A DNA stretch of 43,576 nt from Dehalococcoidales bacterium (GCA_028706655.1 JAQTVW010000002.1:1-43576); one strand, 5' to 3'; numbered from the stretch's first letter, positions 1 through 11,211 are shown. Translations and numbers: made by a program. The notes: generated from the letters alone by a model not told the origin.

Positions 1-1659
<1,659 letters not shown>

Positions 1660-1710
1660 CAGATAGAATTGCCATTCCCGCGGAAGCGGGAATCCATTCG
1701 AGAGACTCAG

Positions 1711-1748
1711 CCCCTTCCCTTAATCCGAGGGAAGGGGTTTTTATTTTT
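1711..1748 (+). terminator. Rho-independent terminator after gyrB
   Basis: Perfect 9-bp stem CCCCTTCCC (1711-1719) / GGGAAGGGG (1729-1737), 9-nt loop, then TTTTTATTTTT. A second small hairpin ATTCCCGC-GGAA-GCGGGAAT lies at 1674-1693. Confidence 0.7.
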
Positions 1749-1769
1749 ACGAGAGGGCGTTAGCTTCTT

Positions 1770-2558
1770 CTAAGGGGAGCTTGCCACTTGCAAGCGCAGA
1801 ATTTTATAAAAATTGTCCCGCGCGGCTTTTTCCCGCCAGGGATGATGCCCGCATTTCTCCAGTAAAATAAAGCGGAAGTCTTTGACCATGCGGGAAAGCG
1901 GTTCCTTTATTCCCTCGGCAGGATGCGGGTCGTAGTCCCCGTGAATCGCGACGACCGGGCAGCGGATATTCCTGCCCAGTTCCAGTAGCCGCCCGCTGCG
2001 CCGCATCTCGCTTGCTTCTTGCCAGATATTCTGGTAAATATCATAGCGGCAGGGCAGTGGTGCCTCATCATCCGGCAGAGGGTCGAAAGAATCGACCCGT
2101 TCCATTAACTGCCCCAGGCGGCGCATCAGCGCGTCCTTGTCCACGTGTGCAGGGTCGTCCAGTGCTTTCGTCAGCGCCGCTGTCTCGGCTCTTTCGGCAT
2201 CGTTAAATCGGCTCAGCCTCGTTGCCATGATGCCCGCCGCACATTTTTCTTCAAACGGACCGCTGCTGATTAAAATAAGCTTCTTGACCAGAGCCGGGTA
2301 TGTGGCGCTGAAAAGGAAACCAAGCCATGCGCCCCACGACCATCCGATTAAAACAATGGGCGGGTCGCTGTGCTCTTGCAATACGGTATGGAGTTCCAAT
2401 AATTGCCCGTTGATGGTGTTTGCGGTCTGAAACGGCTCCATGACTCCGCCTGATGAGGCAAGCTCACGGGCGACCGGCGCCATTTCTCCCGGCGCGCCGG
2501 GTCCGCCATGCAGGACGGCAATGTGGAAAGGTCTTTGCCCGTATGTCCTGAGGTTCAT
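1770..2558 (-). CDS. alpha/beta-fold hydrolase
   Basis: 262-aa ORF. HGGPG oxyanion-type motif near the N-terminus, nucleophile elbow GWSWG, C-terminal GHHP histidine. Confidence 0.8.
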   Translation of the reverse strand: MNLRTYGQRPFHIAVLHGGPGAPGEMAPVARELASSGGVMEPFQTANTINGQLLELHTVLQEHSDPPIVLIGWSWGAWLGFLFSATYPALVKKLILISSGPFEEKCAAGIMATRLSRFNDAERAETAALTKALDDPAHVDKDALMRRLGQLMERVDSFDPLPDDEAPLPCRYDIYQNIWQEASEMRRSGRLLELGRNIRCPVVAIHGDYDPHPAEGIKEPLSRMVKDFRFILLEKCGHHPWREKAARDNFYKILRLQVASSP

Positions 2559-2578
2559 GATTTACGCCGGAGATTGTA

Positions 2579-3145
2579 TTACTTCCCTTGTATCAGCGAG
2601 AAGAACTCCGCCTTGCTCGCGGCGCGGCGGCGGAAGACGCCCCGAATCGCCGAGGTAATCACGTTGCTGCCCGGCTTCTTGATGCCGCGCATCACCATGC
2701 ACAGGTGCTCCGCCTGTACCACGACCGCAACGCCGTCCGGTTTCAGCCCTTCGTCAATCGCATCGGCGATTTGGGTAGTCATGCGCTCCTGTATCTGCGG
2801 GCGGCGGGCGAAGGTTTCCACGACCCGCGCCAACTTGCTGATGCCCACGATACGCCCGTCATCGTTGGGGATATAGCCGATGTGAGCGACTCCGTAGAAG
2901 GGCAGCAGGTGGTGTTCGCACATGGAATAGAAAGGGATGTCCTTGACAATCACCATTTCCCGGTGTCCCAGCTCGAAGCCGACCGTCAGCTCTTCTTTGG
3001 GGTCTTTATTCATCCCGGCGAAGAGTTCGCGGTACATTTCCCCAACCCGGTGGGGAGTCGCCAATAATCCTTCCCGCTTTGGGTTTTCGCCGATAGCTTC
3101 AAGAATATCGGTGATTGCCTGCTCAATCCTGCTTTCATCAAACAT
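2579..3145 (-). CDS. folE: GTP cyclohydrolase I
   Basis: Signature [19 protein letters not shown]. Start moved to the internal ATG at 3145 because AAGGAG lies 7-8 nt upstream; the track ORF extends to 3187. Confidence 0.9.
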   Translation of the reverse strand: MFDESRIEQAITDILEAIGENPKREGLLATPHRVGEMYRELFAGMNKDPKEELTVGFELGHREMVIVKDIPFYSMCEHHLLPFYGVAHIGYIPNDDGRIVGISKLARVVETFARRPQIQERMTTQIADAIDEGLKPDGVAVVVQAEHLCMVMRGIKKPGSNVITSAIRGVFRRRAASKAEFFSLIQGK

Positions 3146-3202
3146 GCGGCTTCTCCTTTGCCAGGACTTGGTTCTATATTCGGACATTGTAGCATAAGAA
3201 CG

Positions 3203-4180
3203 CTATTTGTGCTTACCCGGCGCTCCCTCGACCGGCACCGGCAGGGTCGCGGCAATCTCCCCCACAATATTTTCCGCCGATTGCCCGCGCAGCCCGGTTT
3301 CGGCTTTGACGATGACGCGGTGCGCCAGCACCGGCACCGCCAGTTGTTTCACATCATCGGGAAGGACGTAGTTCCTGCCTTCGGTTGCCGCGCGCGCCTG
3401 TGCCGCCTGATACAAGCCCAAAGAAGCGCGGGGACTGGCGCCCAGCTTGACACCGGGATGGCTGCGCGTCGCCTGGGTGATGGCAACCACGTAATCCCGT
3501 ATCGATGCCTCCACGTGCACCTGCCGGCACAATCTCTGCAATTCAAGCAGCTCGGCGGCGCTGATAACGCTGGTCAGGTTGTCCAGCGGGTTGTCCTGCT
3601 GGAAGCGGCGCAGAATCTCCCCTTCCTCCGCCGCCGAAGGATAGCCGAGCCGCACTTTGAGCAAGAACCGGTCGAGCTGGGCTTCGGGTAGGGGGAAGGT
3701 GCCTTCCAGTTCCACCGGGTTCTGCGTGGCGATAACCATGAAGGGGCGGGGCAGCGGAATCGTGGCGACATCCACGGTGACCTGCCGCTCCTGCATACTT
3801 TCCAGCAGGCACGATTGCGTGCGCGGCGTGGCGCGGTTGATTTCATCCGCCAGCACGATATTCGCCATGATGGGGCCGGGGCGGTATTCAAACTCGGATG
3901 ACTTCTGGTTGAAGTAATAGATGCCGGTCACATCGGAAGGCAGCAGGTCCGGCGTGAACTGGATGCGTTTGAAATTGCAGCCCAGCGAATGGGCGGTCGC
4001 TTTCGCCAGCATCGTCTTGCCGATGCCGGGCACGTCCTCGATGAACAGGTGCCCCTCGCAGAGGAGCGCCACCAGCACCAGCCTGATGGTCTCCTGCTTA
4101 CCCACAATCACCTTGCCGATATTGGCGGACAGCTTTTCCGCCGCCGCCGCGATTTGTGATATATCCAGCGTGTTCTCCAT
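3203..4180 (-). CDS. MoxR-family AAA+ ATPase
   Basis: Walker A GIGKTMLAK, Walker B/sensor region VLADEINRATPRTQSCLLESMQE. AGGAGG lies 5 nt upstream of the ATG at 4180; the track ORF starts at 4195. Confidence 0.9.
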   Translation of the reverse strand: MENTLDISQIAAAAEKLSANIGKVIVGKQETIRLVLVALLCEGHLFIEDVPGIGKTMLAKATAHSLGCNFKRIQFTPDLLPSDVTGIYYFNQKSSEFEYRPGPIMANIVLADEINRATPRTQSCLLESMQERQVTVDVATIPLPRPFMVIATQNPVELEGTFPLPEAQLDRFLLKVRLGYPSAAEEGEILRRFQQDNPLDNLTSVISAAELLELQRLCRQVHVEASIRDYVVAITQATRSHPGVKLGASPRASLGLYQAAQARAATEGRNYVLPDDVKQLAVPVLAHRVIVKAETGLRGQSAENIVGEIAATLPVPVEGAPGKHK

Positions 4181-4203
4181 AGTGCCTCCTGTCATGTTCA
4201 GGT

Positions 4204-5565
4204 TTATTTGTCTGCCGGTTTCAAGTTTTCTTTCTGTAATCGTTGCCAGGTCTGTTTAAGCCGGTCGAGGTCAGCTTCGGAAGGAGCAATAGCCCCGTAG
4301 CGGGTACTGACGTACTGGCGGGTGATTAAACCGAATTCAGCACTGGCTGACGGTAATGCCTCTTCAAGGGTCAGGAGATATTCATACGGTGTCTGGAAAG
4401 GGCTACGCGGGAGACCTTGCTTGCCCGCCCATTTCAGAAACTCGCGGTAAATCCGGCGCACCGGGTGAATATTCTCCGGGACCGCCTGCGGGTGCAGCCC
4501 GCGCCAGCGGAACAGCTTCGCCAGAATGCGTTTGAAAAAAGCCAGGATGTCCGCGCCGAAAGCGCCTTTGAGAGACTCCAGTTCACCCTGTGATTTGCCC
4601 GACATCCGCCGGCGCAGCCAGTCGGCAATTTGTGTCGAGATGCGCCAGAGCGCCGCCAGCATCGCTCCGGAAGCCAGGATAACCCAGGCAATCCGCAAAG
4701 GCTCGCGGATGCTGTCGGGGATAAGCTCCCTCATCACTTTTTCAGTTTCGGCTTCAGCGGCAGTTTCGGGAGGCGGCAGCGGTATCGGCTCCCCGCTCGG
4801 CGTGGGCAGGAGACTGTTTAAGTAATAAATCGCCGTCCATATTTTGTTCCAGACCCATTTCAACCCATCGATAATGACCTGCAGAAAATCAGGCGTTAAC
4901 GCCGCGCTGACCAGCAGACCCAGCACCAGCACCAGCCCGATGCTCACCAGCAGCAGTCCCGCCCAGTGTCCCTGGTTGAGTCCGCTCAGCCAGCCGGTAC
5001 CGTCTTTGGCGTGAGATAAAGACATTGCCAGCAGAGACGAAATAGCGAACACGATAATCACCGGCACGCCGCCGGCAACCTCGATGTTGAGTTGGGAAGT
5101 GGCGAAGAGAGTCAGCAGGAGCACCGCCAGCGTGAATTGGAACTCCCCGACAGCGGTGGCAAAATCAATGCCGATGCGCGCCAGCCGCCTGCCGGTAAAC
5201 CAGAGGGCGATACTGCCGAAAAGGAGAATCAATTCCGCTCTACCGCCCAGGTTCTGCCAGAAGGCGGCGAGCCAGGCGCTGTCCCAGATTGCGGATTGGC
5301 TAAAGAACTGGATTTTTGCCGTGAGCAATAAGGCGATGAGCCATGCTGGCACGTTAATCGCATGGCTGAAAATCGGGCGCAGTTTAAAGGCGCGCAATAT
5401 TTTATTGACGGTGAATGCCAGCGGGTAAATGAGTAACACGCCCGCGATAGTGAGCCTGTCTGCGGCAACCTGCCGGTTGAAGACTGCCAGCACTACATAA
5501 AAGGCGCTGCCTTCCATGCCCATCACGGTAAGGTAGAGGAGTATCTGCCGCCAATCGCCTCTCAT
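4204..5565 (-). CDS. polytopic membrane protein with DUF4129-like C-terminal domain
   Basis: Multiple hydrophobic segments, then RRIYREFLKWAGKQGLPRSPFQTPYEYL...RQYVSTRYG. ATG at 5565-5563 overlaps the TGA (5564-5562) of the upstream DUF58 gene (ATGA coupling). The track's N-terminal extension to 5784 is Arg/Pro-rich overlap sequence. Confidence 0.75.
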   Translation of the reverse strand: MRGDWRQILLYLTVMGMEGSAFYVVLAVFNRQVAADRLTIAGVLLIYPLAFTVNKILRAFKLRPIFSHAINVPAWLIALLLTAKIQFFSQSAIWDSAWLAAFWQNLGGRAELILLFGSIALWFTGRRLARIGIDFATAVGEFQFTLAVLLLTLFATSQLNIEVAGGVPVIIVFAISSLLAMSLSHAKDGTGWLSGLNQGHWAGLLLVSIGLVLVLGLLVSAALTPDFLQVIIDGLKWVWNKIWTAIYYLNSLLPTPSGEPIPLPPPETAAEAETEKVMRELIPDSIREPLRIAWVILASGAMLAALWRISTQIADWLRRRMSGKSQGELESLKGAFGADILAFFKRILAKLFRWRGLHPQAVPENIHPVRRIYREFLKWAGKQGLPRSPFQTPYEYLLTLEEALPSASAEFGLITRQYVSTRYGAIAPSEADLDRLKQTWQRLQKENLKPADK

Positions 5566-6857
5566 GCGGCAACCCTCCGGTCGGCAGGGGCGGCGAGGTC
5601 GGCGGGAGTACGGATATGATACCACGCGGAATCGGTGTTCAATGCTGGCGGGGCGTTCTCCCCGATTTGCAGGACGAGCGCCTTGTACCCGGCGGCTTTG
5701 ATGGCGGTGAGCTGCGCCGCCAGCGCTTCCGGCGGCTCGGAGACAACCAGGATAATCGTCGTGCCCCAGGGCAGGCTGCTCCATTCCTTCCCGAAGAATT
5801 CTGCAAACGGCGTACCGGCTGCCGGAACGACCCGCGCCAGCGCTTCCAGCACGGTTATCAGTTGACCGTTGCCGCCACCGGGTAAAATCTTGATGGGCTG
5901 CCCGGAGTCCGGCAGGGCGGTATTGACCAGCAGTCCGACCGAACTGCGCTGCTGAACCGCGTAGCTGGCGATGGACGCCGCCGCGCTCACGCCCAGCTCG
6001 AAGTCTTCCTCGAAGCCGGGGCGGTAGTTTTTGAAACTGTCCACAGCGAGGAAGAGCGCCACTTTCAGGGTGGTGCTTGGCTCGAATACTTTTACCTGGA
6101 GGTTCTGGCGCCGCGCGCTGGCTTTCCAGTGCACGTGGCGGAGGCTGTCATGCGGGGTATAATCACGCACGCCGATAGTGCGGGTGGGGTCTTCAAAAAT
6201 GCGGCGTGCGGCGGACGTTTCGCCTATCGGGTACAGGGAAGGGATGCCAAACTGGTGCACCGGGTAAAGCCGCGGGTAGACGACAATCTCATCTTTGCCG
6301 GGCTGGACGGCGGCGCGCGGATAAAAGCCGAAGATATCGCCGGAACTGACCACGGTCTGCCCCAGAGAGTAACAGCCGCGCTTCCGGCAGTCCAGGCGAT
6401 AGCGCCAGTTGATGCCCGTGTACCACATCAGCGAAGCGGAGTGGCTCAGCAGGCGGCATCCCGGCAGTTCGGCAGGGGGCAGAGGGCTGTCCGCCGGTAC
6501 CAGATTCGCGGGAATACTGTCATCGACCTGTACCCAGGGGAGCGGGAGCAGCTTGCGGTTGACCAGCCGCAGCTTGAGGTCAATCGATTCGCCGGGGAAG
6601 GCGCGGTCGGCGCTGAGCGTCCGCTGATAGCTGACACCGACCAGCGAAAACCGGCTCCACAGCTTCGCCACAACCGCGGTAACAATTATCAGTCCGAGGA
6701 GAAGGACGATAACGAATTGCCGGTTCCAGGCGGCAAACAGCAGGATAGCCAGCAGAAACAGCAGTCCGAACTTGCTCCACAGATATCCCGCCGCCTGCGA
6801 GGATACGCCTTTACCCTTCTTCTGAAAAAGGGTTTGGGCGTTGTAGAGCTGGCTCAT
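5562..6857 (-). CDS. DUF58 (vWA-like) protein, usual MoxR partner
   Basis: N-terminal double TM segment. Diagnostic RDYTPHDSLRHVHWKASARRQNLQVKVFE motif. Confidence 0.85.
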   Translation of the reverse strand: MSQLYNAQTLFQKKGKGVSSQAAGYLWSKFGLLFLLAILLFAAWNRQFVIVLLLGLIIVTAVVAKLWSRFSLVGVSYQRTLSADRAFPGESIDLKLRLVNRKLLPLPWVQVDDSIPANLVPADSPLPPAELPGCRLLSHSASLMWYTGINWRYRLDCRKRGCYSLGQTVVSSGDIFGFYPRAAVQPGKDEIVVYPRLYPVHQFGIPSLYPIGETSAARRIFEDPTRTIGVRDYTPHDSLRHVHWKASARRQNLQVKVFEPSTTLKVALFLAVDSFKNYRPGFEEDFELGVSAAASIASYAVQQRSSVGLLVNTALPDSGQPIKILPGGGNGQLITVLEALARVVPAAGTPFAEFFGKEWSSLPWGTTIILVVSEPPEALAAQLTAIKAAGYKALVLQIGENAPPALNTDSAWYHIRTPADLAAPADRRVAA

Positions 6858-6860
6858 GGG

Positions 6861-7913
6861 TTACCCCCAGCCCAGCGCTTTTTCCATTGCCGCCATCTCC
6901 GGGGGCAGTTCCATGATAGACGGCGCTTCCCGCAGGGCGATTTCGGTGTCTTTAAGCCCGTTGCCGGTAATGACGCAGACAATCCGCTTCTGGGAAAAGT
7001 CCGTGCCCTTGCGGGAATGTTTAATCAGTCCGGCGACCGAAGCCGCCGAAGCCGGCTCGCCGAAGATGCCCGCCTCGCTGGCGATGAGCTTCTGCGCGGC
7101 AAGGATTTCCGCATCGCTGACCATATCAATAATGCCGCCGGATTCGTCGCGGGCGGCGGTCGCTTTCTGCCAGCTCGCCGGGTTGCCGATGCGGATTGCC
7201 GAGGCGACGGTTTCCGGGTGCTCCACAATCTGGTTGCGTACGATGGGCGCGGCGCCTTCCGCCTGGAAGCCCATCATCCTGGGGCGTATTTTGGACTTGC
7301 CGTACTGGTGGTATTCCACGAAGCCTTTCCAGTAGGCGGTGATATTGCCGGCGTTGCCCACCGGGATAAAGAGATAGTCCGGGGCATCGCCGAGATAATC
7401 GATAATCTCGAAGGAAGCCGTTTTCTGTCCCTCGATGCGGTAGGGATTGACCGAGTTGACCAGCGTCACCGGGTGCTTTTCCGTAAGCTGGCGCGCCATG
7501 GTCAGCGCTTTATCGAAGTTGCCGTCGATGGCGATAATCTTCGCCCCGTAGACAATCGCCTGCGCCAGCTTGCCCAGCGCGATCTTGCCCTTGGGCACGA
7601 TGATGACCGCCGTCAGCCCGCAATAGGCGGCAAAAGCGGCGGCGGAAGCCGAGGTATTGCCCGTCGAGGCGCACATGATGGCGCGGCTGCCGCCTTCCAC
7701 GGCTTTCGCTACGGCACATACCATGCCGCGGTCTTTGAACGAGCCGGTGGGGTTGCAGCCTTCCAGCTTGAGATACAGCTCGCCGCAGCCGATGGTCTTC
7801 GCCAGCCGGTCGCATCTGACCAGCGGCGTATCTCCCTCGCCGATGCAAATCATAGGAGTGCGGGGAGTGAGGGGCAGGTATTTTTTATAGTGCGCCAGTA
7901 CTCCGGCTTTCAT
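6861..7913 (-). CDS. thrC: threonine synthase
   Basis: PLP-lysine motif NPTGSFKDRGM, GNTSASAAAFAAY and overall ThrC-like length. The stop lies 3 nt from the DUF58 start. Confidence 0.93.
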   Translation of the reverse strand: MKAGVLAHYKKYLPLTPRTPMICIGEGDTPLVRCDRLAKTIGCGELYLKLEGCNPTGSFKDRGMVCAVAKAVEGGSRAIMCASTGNTSASAAAFAAYCGLTAVIIVPKGKIALGKLAQAIVYGAKIIAIDGNFDKALTMARQLTEKHPVTLVNSVNPYRIEGQKTASFEIIDYLGDAPDYLFIPVGNAGNITAYWKGFVEYHQYGKSKIRPRMMGFQAEGAAPIVRNQIVEHPETVASAIRIGNPASWQKATAARDESGGIIDMVSDAEILAAQKLIASEAGIFGEPASAASVAGLIKHSRKGTDFSQKRIVCVITGNGLKDTEIALREAPSIMELPPEMAAMEKALGWG

Positions 7914-7962
7914 AATTATCCTTCCTGTCTATATTACTACGATTAAGAGTGGAGTATTCTGT

Positions 7963-8060
7963 CTGTCATTGCGAGGAGCGGCAGCGACGAAGCAATCCTT
8001 GACGGGATTAACCGAGATTGCTTCGCCTTCCGTTCTGACGGAATGGTCTCGCAATAACAG
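7963..8060. repeat. palindromic intergenic repeat, variant A (GTCATTGCGAG...CGAAGCAATC type)
   Basis: The left arm CTGTCATTGCGAG..CGAAGCAATC (7963-7998) is reverse-complementary to the right arm GATTGCTTCG..CTCGCAATAACAG (8014-8060). It lies between hom and thrC. Confidence 0.6.
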
Positions 8061-8074
8061 GGTATTCTATAATT

Positions 8075-9379
8075 CTAAACGTTTTCCACCCGGATAAAGT
8101 TGCTGATTTCTTTCACCACGGGCAGCCGCGCCAGTTCGGCGAGCGCCTGCTGCATCGCTTGTTCCCGCGCCGGGTGGGTCATAATCACGATTTCCGCGGA
8201 TTCTCCGGCGCTTTCCGCCTCGCGCTGGATTGCCGAAGAAATGCTGATGAGATGGTCGCCGAAGGTCCGGGCAATCTGCGCCAGCACGCCGGGGCGGTCG
8301 GCGGCGGTGATGCGCAGGTAGTATTCGGTTTCAACGGCGGACATCGGTTTTATCGTGCGCCCCGAATCGATTTTAAGGCGGGTCTTGCCGCCGATGCCGC
8401 GGAAAATCTTCTGGGCGGAATAGACGATATCGGCGACCACCGCGCTGCTGGTGGGTCTGGCGCCGGCGCCTTCACCGAAGAACAGCACCTTGCCGACAAG
8501 GTCGCCTTCCACCAGCACGGCGTTGTAAACCCCATCGACCTTCGCCAGGAAGGTGTCTTCCGGTATCAGTACCGGGTGCACCCGCACTTCGATAGAACCG
8601 TCGCTCTGTTTGCCGATGGCGAGCAGTTTAATGGCAAAGCCGAACTCCCGGGCATAGCGGAAATCGCGGCTACTGATGCGGGAGATGCCTTCGCAGTAAA
8701 TGTCGTCCGGCTTCACTTCCATCTGGAATGCGAGCGTCGCCAGGATTGCCAGCTTGTAAACCGCATCGATTCCCTCAATGTCGTTTTTCGGATTGGCTTC
8801 CGCATAGCCGAGCTGCTGGGCGACCTTCAGCGCGGAAGCGAAGTCGGCGCCCTCTTTCGCCATACGGGTCAGGATGTAGTTGGTGGTGCCGTTGATGATG
8901 GCGTAAACGCCGCTGATGTCATTGGCGACCAGGTCATGCTTGAACGGGGCAATCAGCGGGATGCCGCCGCCCACACTGCCTTCATAACATAATCCGACAT
9001 CGTGCTGCTGCGATAGTCCGAGCAGTTCGACGCCGTGCTTGGCAATGACTTCCTTGTTGGCGGTCACCACGTGGCGGTCGCTGCCGAGCGCGCGTTTTTG
9101 ATACTCATAAGCGGGGTGCTCGCCGCCAATCAATTCCGCGATGATATCGACGCCCGGAGTGCTAAAAAATTCCGCATCGTCAGTGGTGAGGATGCCGGCG
9201 GGCAATTCTTTCGCCAGCGGGCGTTCCAGGTCCTGGGGCAGGCATTTTATCTTGCGCAGCACCAGCGGGCAGCCGACCTGTTCGGAGAGGGACGCCGCTT
9301 TTTCGGTCAGGACGCGGGCGACCTGTCCGCCCACTGTTCCCAGCCCCAGCAGCCCCACCCCGACGCTCTGCTTTTTCAA
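8075..9379 (-). CDS. hom: homoserine dehydrogenase with C-terminal ACT domain
   Basis: N-terminal Rossmann GLLGLGTVGG, INGTTNYILT motif, and C-terminal ACT-like YYLRITAADRPGVLAQIARTFGD. Confidence 0.93.
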   Translation of the reverse strand: MKKQSVGVGLLGLGTVGGQVARVLTEKAASLSEQVGCPLVLRKIKCLPQDLERPLAKELPAGILTTDDAEFFSTPGVDIIAELIGGEHPAYEYQKRALGSDRHVVTANKEVIAKHGVELLGLSQQHDVGLCYEGSVGGGIPLIAPFKHDLVANDISGVYAIINGTTNYILTRMAKEGADFASALKVAQQLGYAEANPKNDIEGIDAVYKLAILATLAFQMEVKPDDIYCEGISRISSRDFRYAREFGFAIKLLAIGKQSDGSIEVRVHPVLIPEDTFLAKVDGVYNAVLVEGDLVGKVLFFGEGAGARPTSSAVVADIVYSAQKIFRGIGGKTRLKIDSGRTIKPMSAVETEYYLRITAADRPGVLAQIARTFGDHLISISSAIQREAESAGESAEIVIMTHPAREQAMQQALAELARLPVVKEISNFIRVENV

Positions 9380-9385
9380 TCCGTT

Positions 9386-10660
9386 TTACCTCGTCGCCTG
9401 GGTAATCGCCCAGGCTTTCAACTCATCAGTCAGGGGGCTTTCATCAATGACGTTGAGGGGGTTCCCCCATAATGAATCAATCCATTCCCCGAGCGCTTTG
9501 TTCTTCAGGTAGTCGCGGTCTTCGGTGCCGATGATGCGGCCTGCCTGAACATCCAGGATTTTAATGAGCCAGTAGCCGCCCCGGGACTCCACGGTATCAT
9601 CGCGGATAGGCGCGCTTAACGCGCCGGTCTGGGTGGCGGCATTGAAGACAAAATTGTCTATCGCTGCCGGGAGCTGCCCCTTGGCGATAGTGCCCATGTT
9701 GCCGCCATCGTCCTTTGCCGTGCCCGTCTGCGAGCGTTCTTTGGCAATGGCAGCGAACTCTTCGCCGGCGTTCAGCCGCTGGATAACGTTTTGGGCTTCT
9801 TCCTCGCTGCCCAGCAGCATGCCCTGCAGGTCGGCTTCCTCGGTATCCGCGGCTTTCCGCACAACTTTAATCACCCAGTAGCCGACATTCTTGACTGCGC
9901 CGTCATCCCGCAGCGCCGGGCTCAACTCGCCGGAGCTGCCCTGGAAAGCGAAGTCCAGGGGTATCGTGGTGGTAAAGGTGTCTTTATAGATATCGATGGC
10001 ATGCCAGCCGTAATCGCCCTTTTTACTCTTGGAGTAGACATTAACCGAGGTCTCCGCCAGCGTGGCGAAATCTCCCGTGATGTTGCTGCTGTCTGCCATC
10101 TTGGCGCGGGCTTCGGTCGCCTGTTTTTCTGTTTCCAGCAACACTGCCAGAATGTGCCTCTGGTCTGCGGTCTGCGGTATCTTCGGGTCGAGGTATTCGT
10201 TCCTCAGCTTCTCCGCCAGCAGGCCTGTGCGTATCAGGTCGCGGTATACCGCAGTATCGGGAGACTTGGTCTCTGCAAGCTTTTTCTTGACCTCATCAGT
10301 GGTAACGGTATAGCCCAACTGGGCGGCGTTCTGGCGGATGAGTTCATTCTGCTGGATGTCACGGGCAATCGTGTTGGCATAGTAGCTGACGTATTCCGGC
10401 CGTCCCTGGGTGGCAATCTTCAGGTATTCGATATAATACTGGATATTGAATTCCCTGCCGTTGACCGTAAAAGCAGTCCGGTGCATGGGCAGGTAACTGC
10501 TGAAGAGCCAGCCGACCGCTACCAGTAACACGATGGCGACTATTGTTATAATACCCGCGAAAAAGATGATGCGCTGCCGCTTCTGCTGTTGCTGCCAGTG
10601 GGTAAGCTGGCGCTTGGTCATTTCGCGGTGCGGTTTGACGATTTTGCTTTTCTTAGCCAA
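9386..10660 (-). CDS. membrane-anchored PpiC/parvulin-type peptidyl-prolyl isomerase (SurA/PrsA-like)
   Basis: N-terminal TM anchor IIFFAGIITIVAIVLLVAVGWLF. Two rotamase-like segments (GDYGWHAIDI...; GGNMGTIAKGQLPAAIDNFVF...GGYWLIKI). Confidence 0.8.
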   Translation of the reverse strand: MAKKSKIVKPHREMTKRQLTHWQQQQKRQRIIFFAGIITIVAIVLLVAVGWLFSSYLPMHRTAFTVNGREFNIQYYIEYLKIATQGRPEYVSYYANTIARDIQQNELIRQNAAQLGYTVTTDEVKKKLAETKSPDTAVYRDLIRTGLLAEKLRNEYLDPKIPQTADQRHILAVLLETEKQATEARAKMADSSNITGDFATLAETSVNVYSKSKKGDYGWHAIDIYKDTFTTTIPLDFAFQGSSGELSPALRDDGAVKNVGYWVIKVVRKAADTEEADLQGMLLGSEEEAQNVIQRLNAGEEFAAIAKERSQTGTAKDDGGNMGTIAKGQLPAAIDNFVFNAATQTGALSAPIRDDTVESRGGYWLIKILDVQAGRIIGTEDRDYLKNKALGEWIDSLWGNPLNVIDESPLTDELKAWAITQATR

Positions 10661-10784
10661 GAGACTCCTCCATCAGGAAAAAATCAGCCCTATCGTTATA
10701 GTTATAATCTAAAAGCACAGGTTTTTCAAATTTTCTCACAGCGCAGGCGCTATTAGCAACCCCCGACATGGCGGGCAGGGGTGT

Positions 10785-10812
10785 TTGCTGAAATGCGAAA
10801 GAGTAGTATACT
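10785..10812 (+). promoter_or_regulatory. candidate sigma70-type promoter
   Basis: TTGCTG (10785-10790), 16-nt spacer, TATACT (10807-10812), about 35 nt upstream of the small-ORF/HerA gene string. Confidence 0.3.
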
Positions 10813-10848
10813 CTATGGTGACAGTGAATAAAATGGTGGAGTGTGGCG

Positions 10849-11049
10849 ATGAGCGACCTGGATTATGAACGGAACACCAATGATGAAACGGCATCCCCTG
10901 GCTTGATGTGCCGGTGCCGCTGGCACGGTTATTATAGCATCAATACCGGCTGTGAAAGGTGCCGCAAAGAAGAAGTAAAACAGGCGCTGGCACAGCGCCG
11001 GCAAAGGCTGAACGGCATTTTTGACAACGTGGTCTGGCTGAAAGAGTAA
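10849..11049 (+). CDS. small four-cysteine (zinc-ribbon-like) protein, 66 aa
   Basis: MSDLDYERNTNDET..CRCRWHGYYSINTGCERCRKEE: a CxC...CxxC arrangement. GGTGGAG lies 7 nt upstream of the ATG at 10849; the track uses GTG at 10843. Confidence 0.45.
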   Translation: MSDLDYERNTNDETASPGLMCRCRWHGYYSINTGCERCRKEEVKQALAQRRQRLNGIFDNVVWLKE

Positions 11050-11066
11050 TTCCATAAGGAGGCAGT

Positions 11067-11153
11067 ATGGGGACTAAAGGCAGACATAACGTGAAGAAAG
11101 AAAAGAAATCCGTAATTGAGAAGAAGGCCGCCAAAACCGCCGCCAAGAAGTAA
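11067..11153 (+). CDS. 28-aa lysine-rich micropeptide (MGTKGRHNVKKEKKSVIEKKAAKTAAKK)
   Basis: Below the ORF-track size cutoff. A near-perfect SD, AAGGAGG, lies 5 nt upstream of the ATG at 11067; TAA at 11151-11153. Confidence 0.4.
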   Translation: MGTKGRHNVKKEKKSVIEKKAAKTAAKK

Positions 11154-11177
11154 CTCCAAAATTATAGAACATAAAGT

Positions 11178-11211
11178 TTGTCATTGTCAGGGCGTAGCCT
11201 GAAGCAATCTC
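11178..11211. repeat. degenerate half-copy of the variant-A intergenic repeat
   Basis: TTGTCATTGTCAGGGCGTAGCCTGAAGCAATCT shares TGTCATTG and GAAGCAATC with 7963-7998. A local 7-bp hairpin GTCAGGG/CCCTGAC lies at 11186-11220. Confidence 0.35.

Noticed and set aside
4204-5784. Full 526-aa version of the DUF4129 membrane protein ORF
   Set aside because: The first 73 codons overlap the DUF58 gene in another frame and are Arg/Pro-rich. The ATG at 5565 forms a classic ATGA coupling with the DUF58 stop.
6129-7946. 605-aa plus-strand ORF, the longest in the track
   Set aside because: It lies antisense to thrC and DUF58, both of which have clear motifs. Its translation is Arg/Gly/Ala-rich low complexity with no motif. 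This is the typical shadow ORF of GC-rich DNA.
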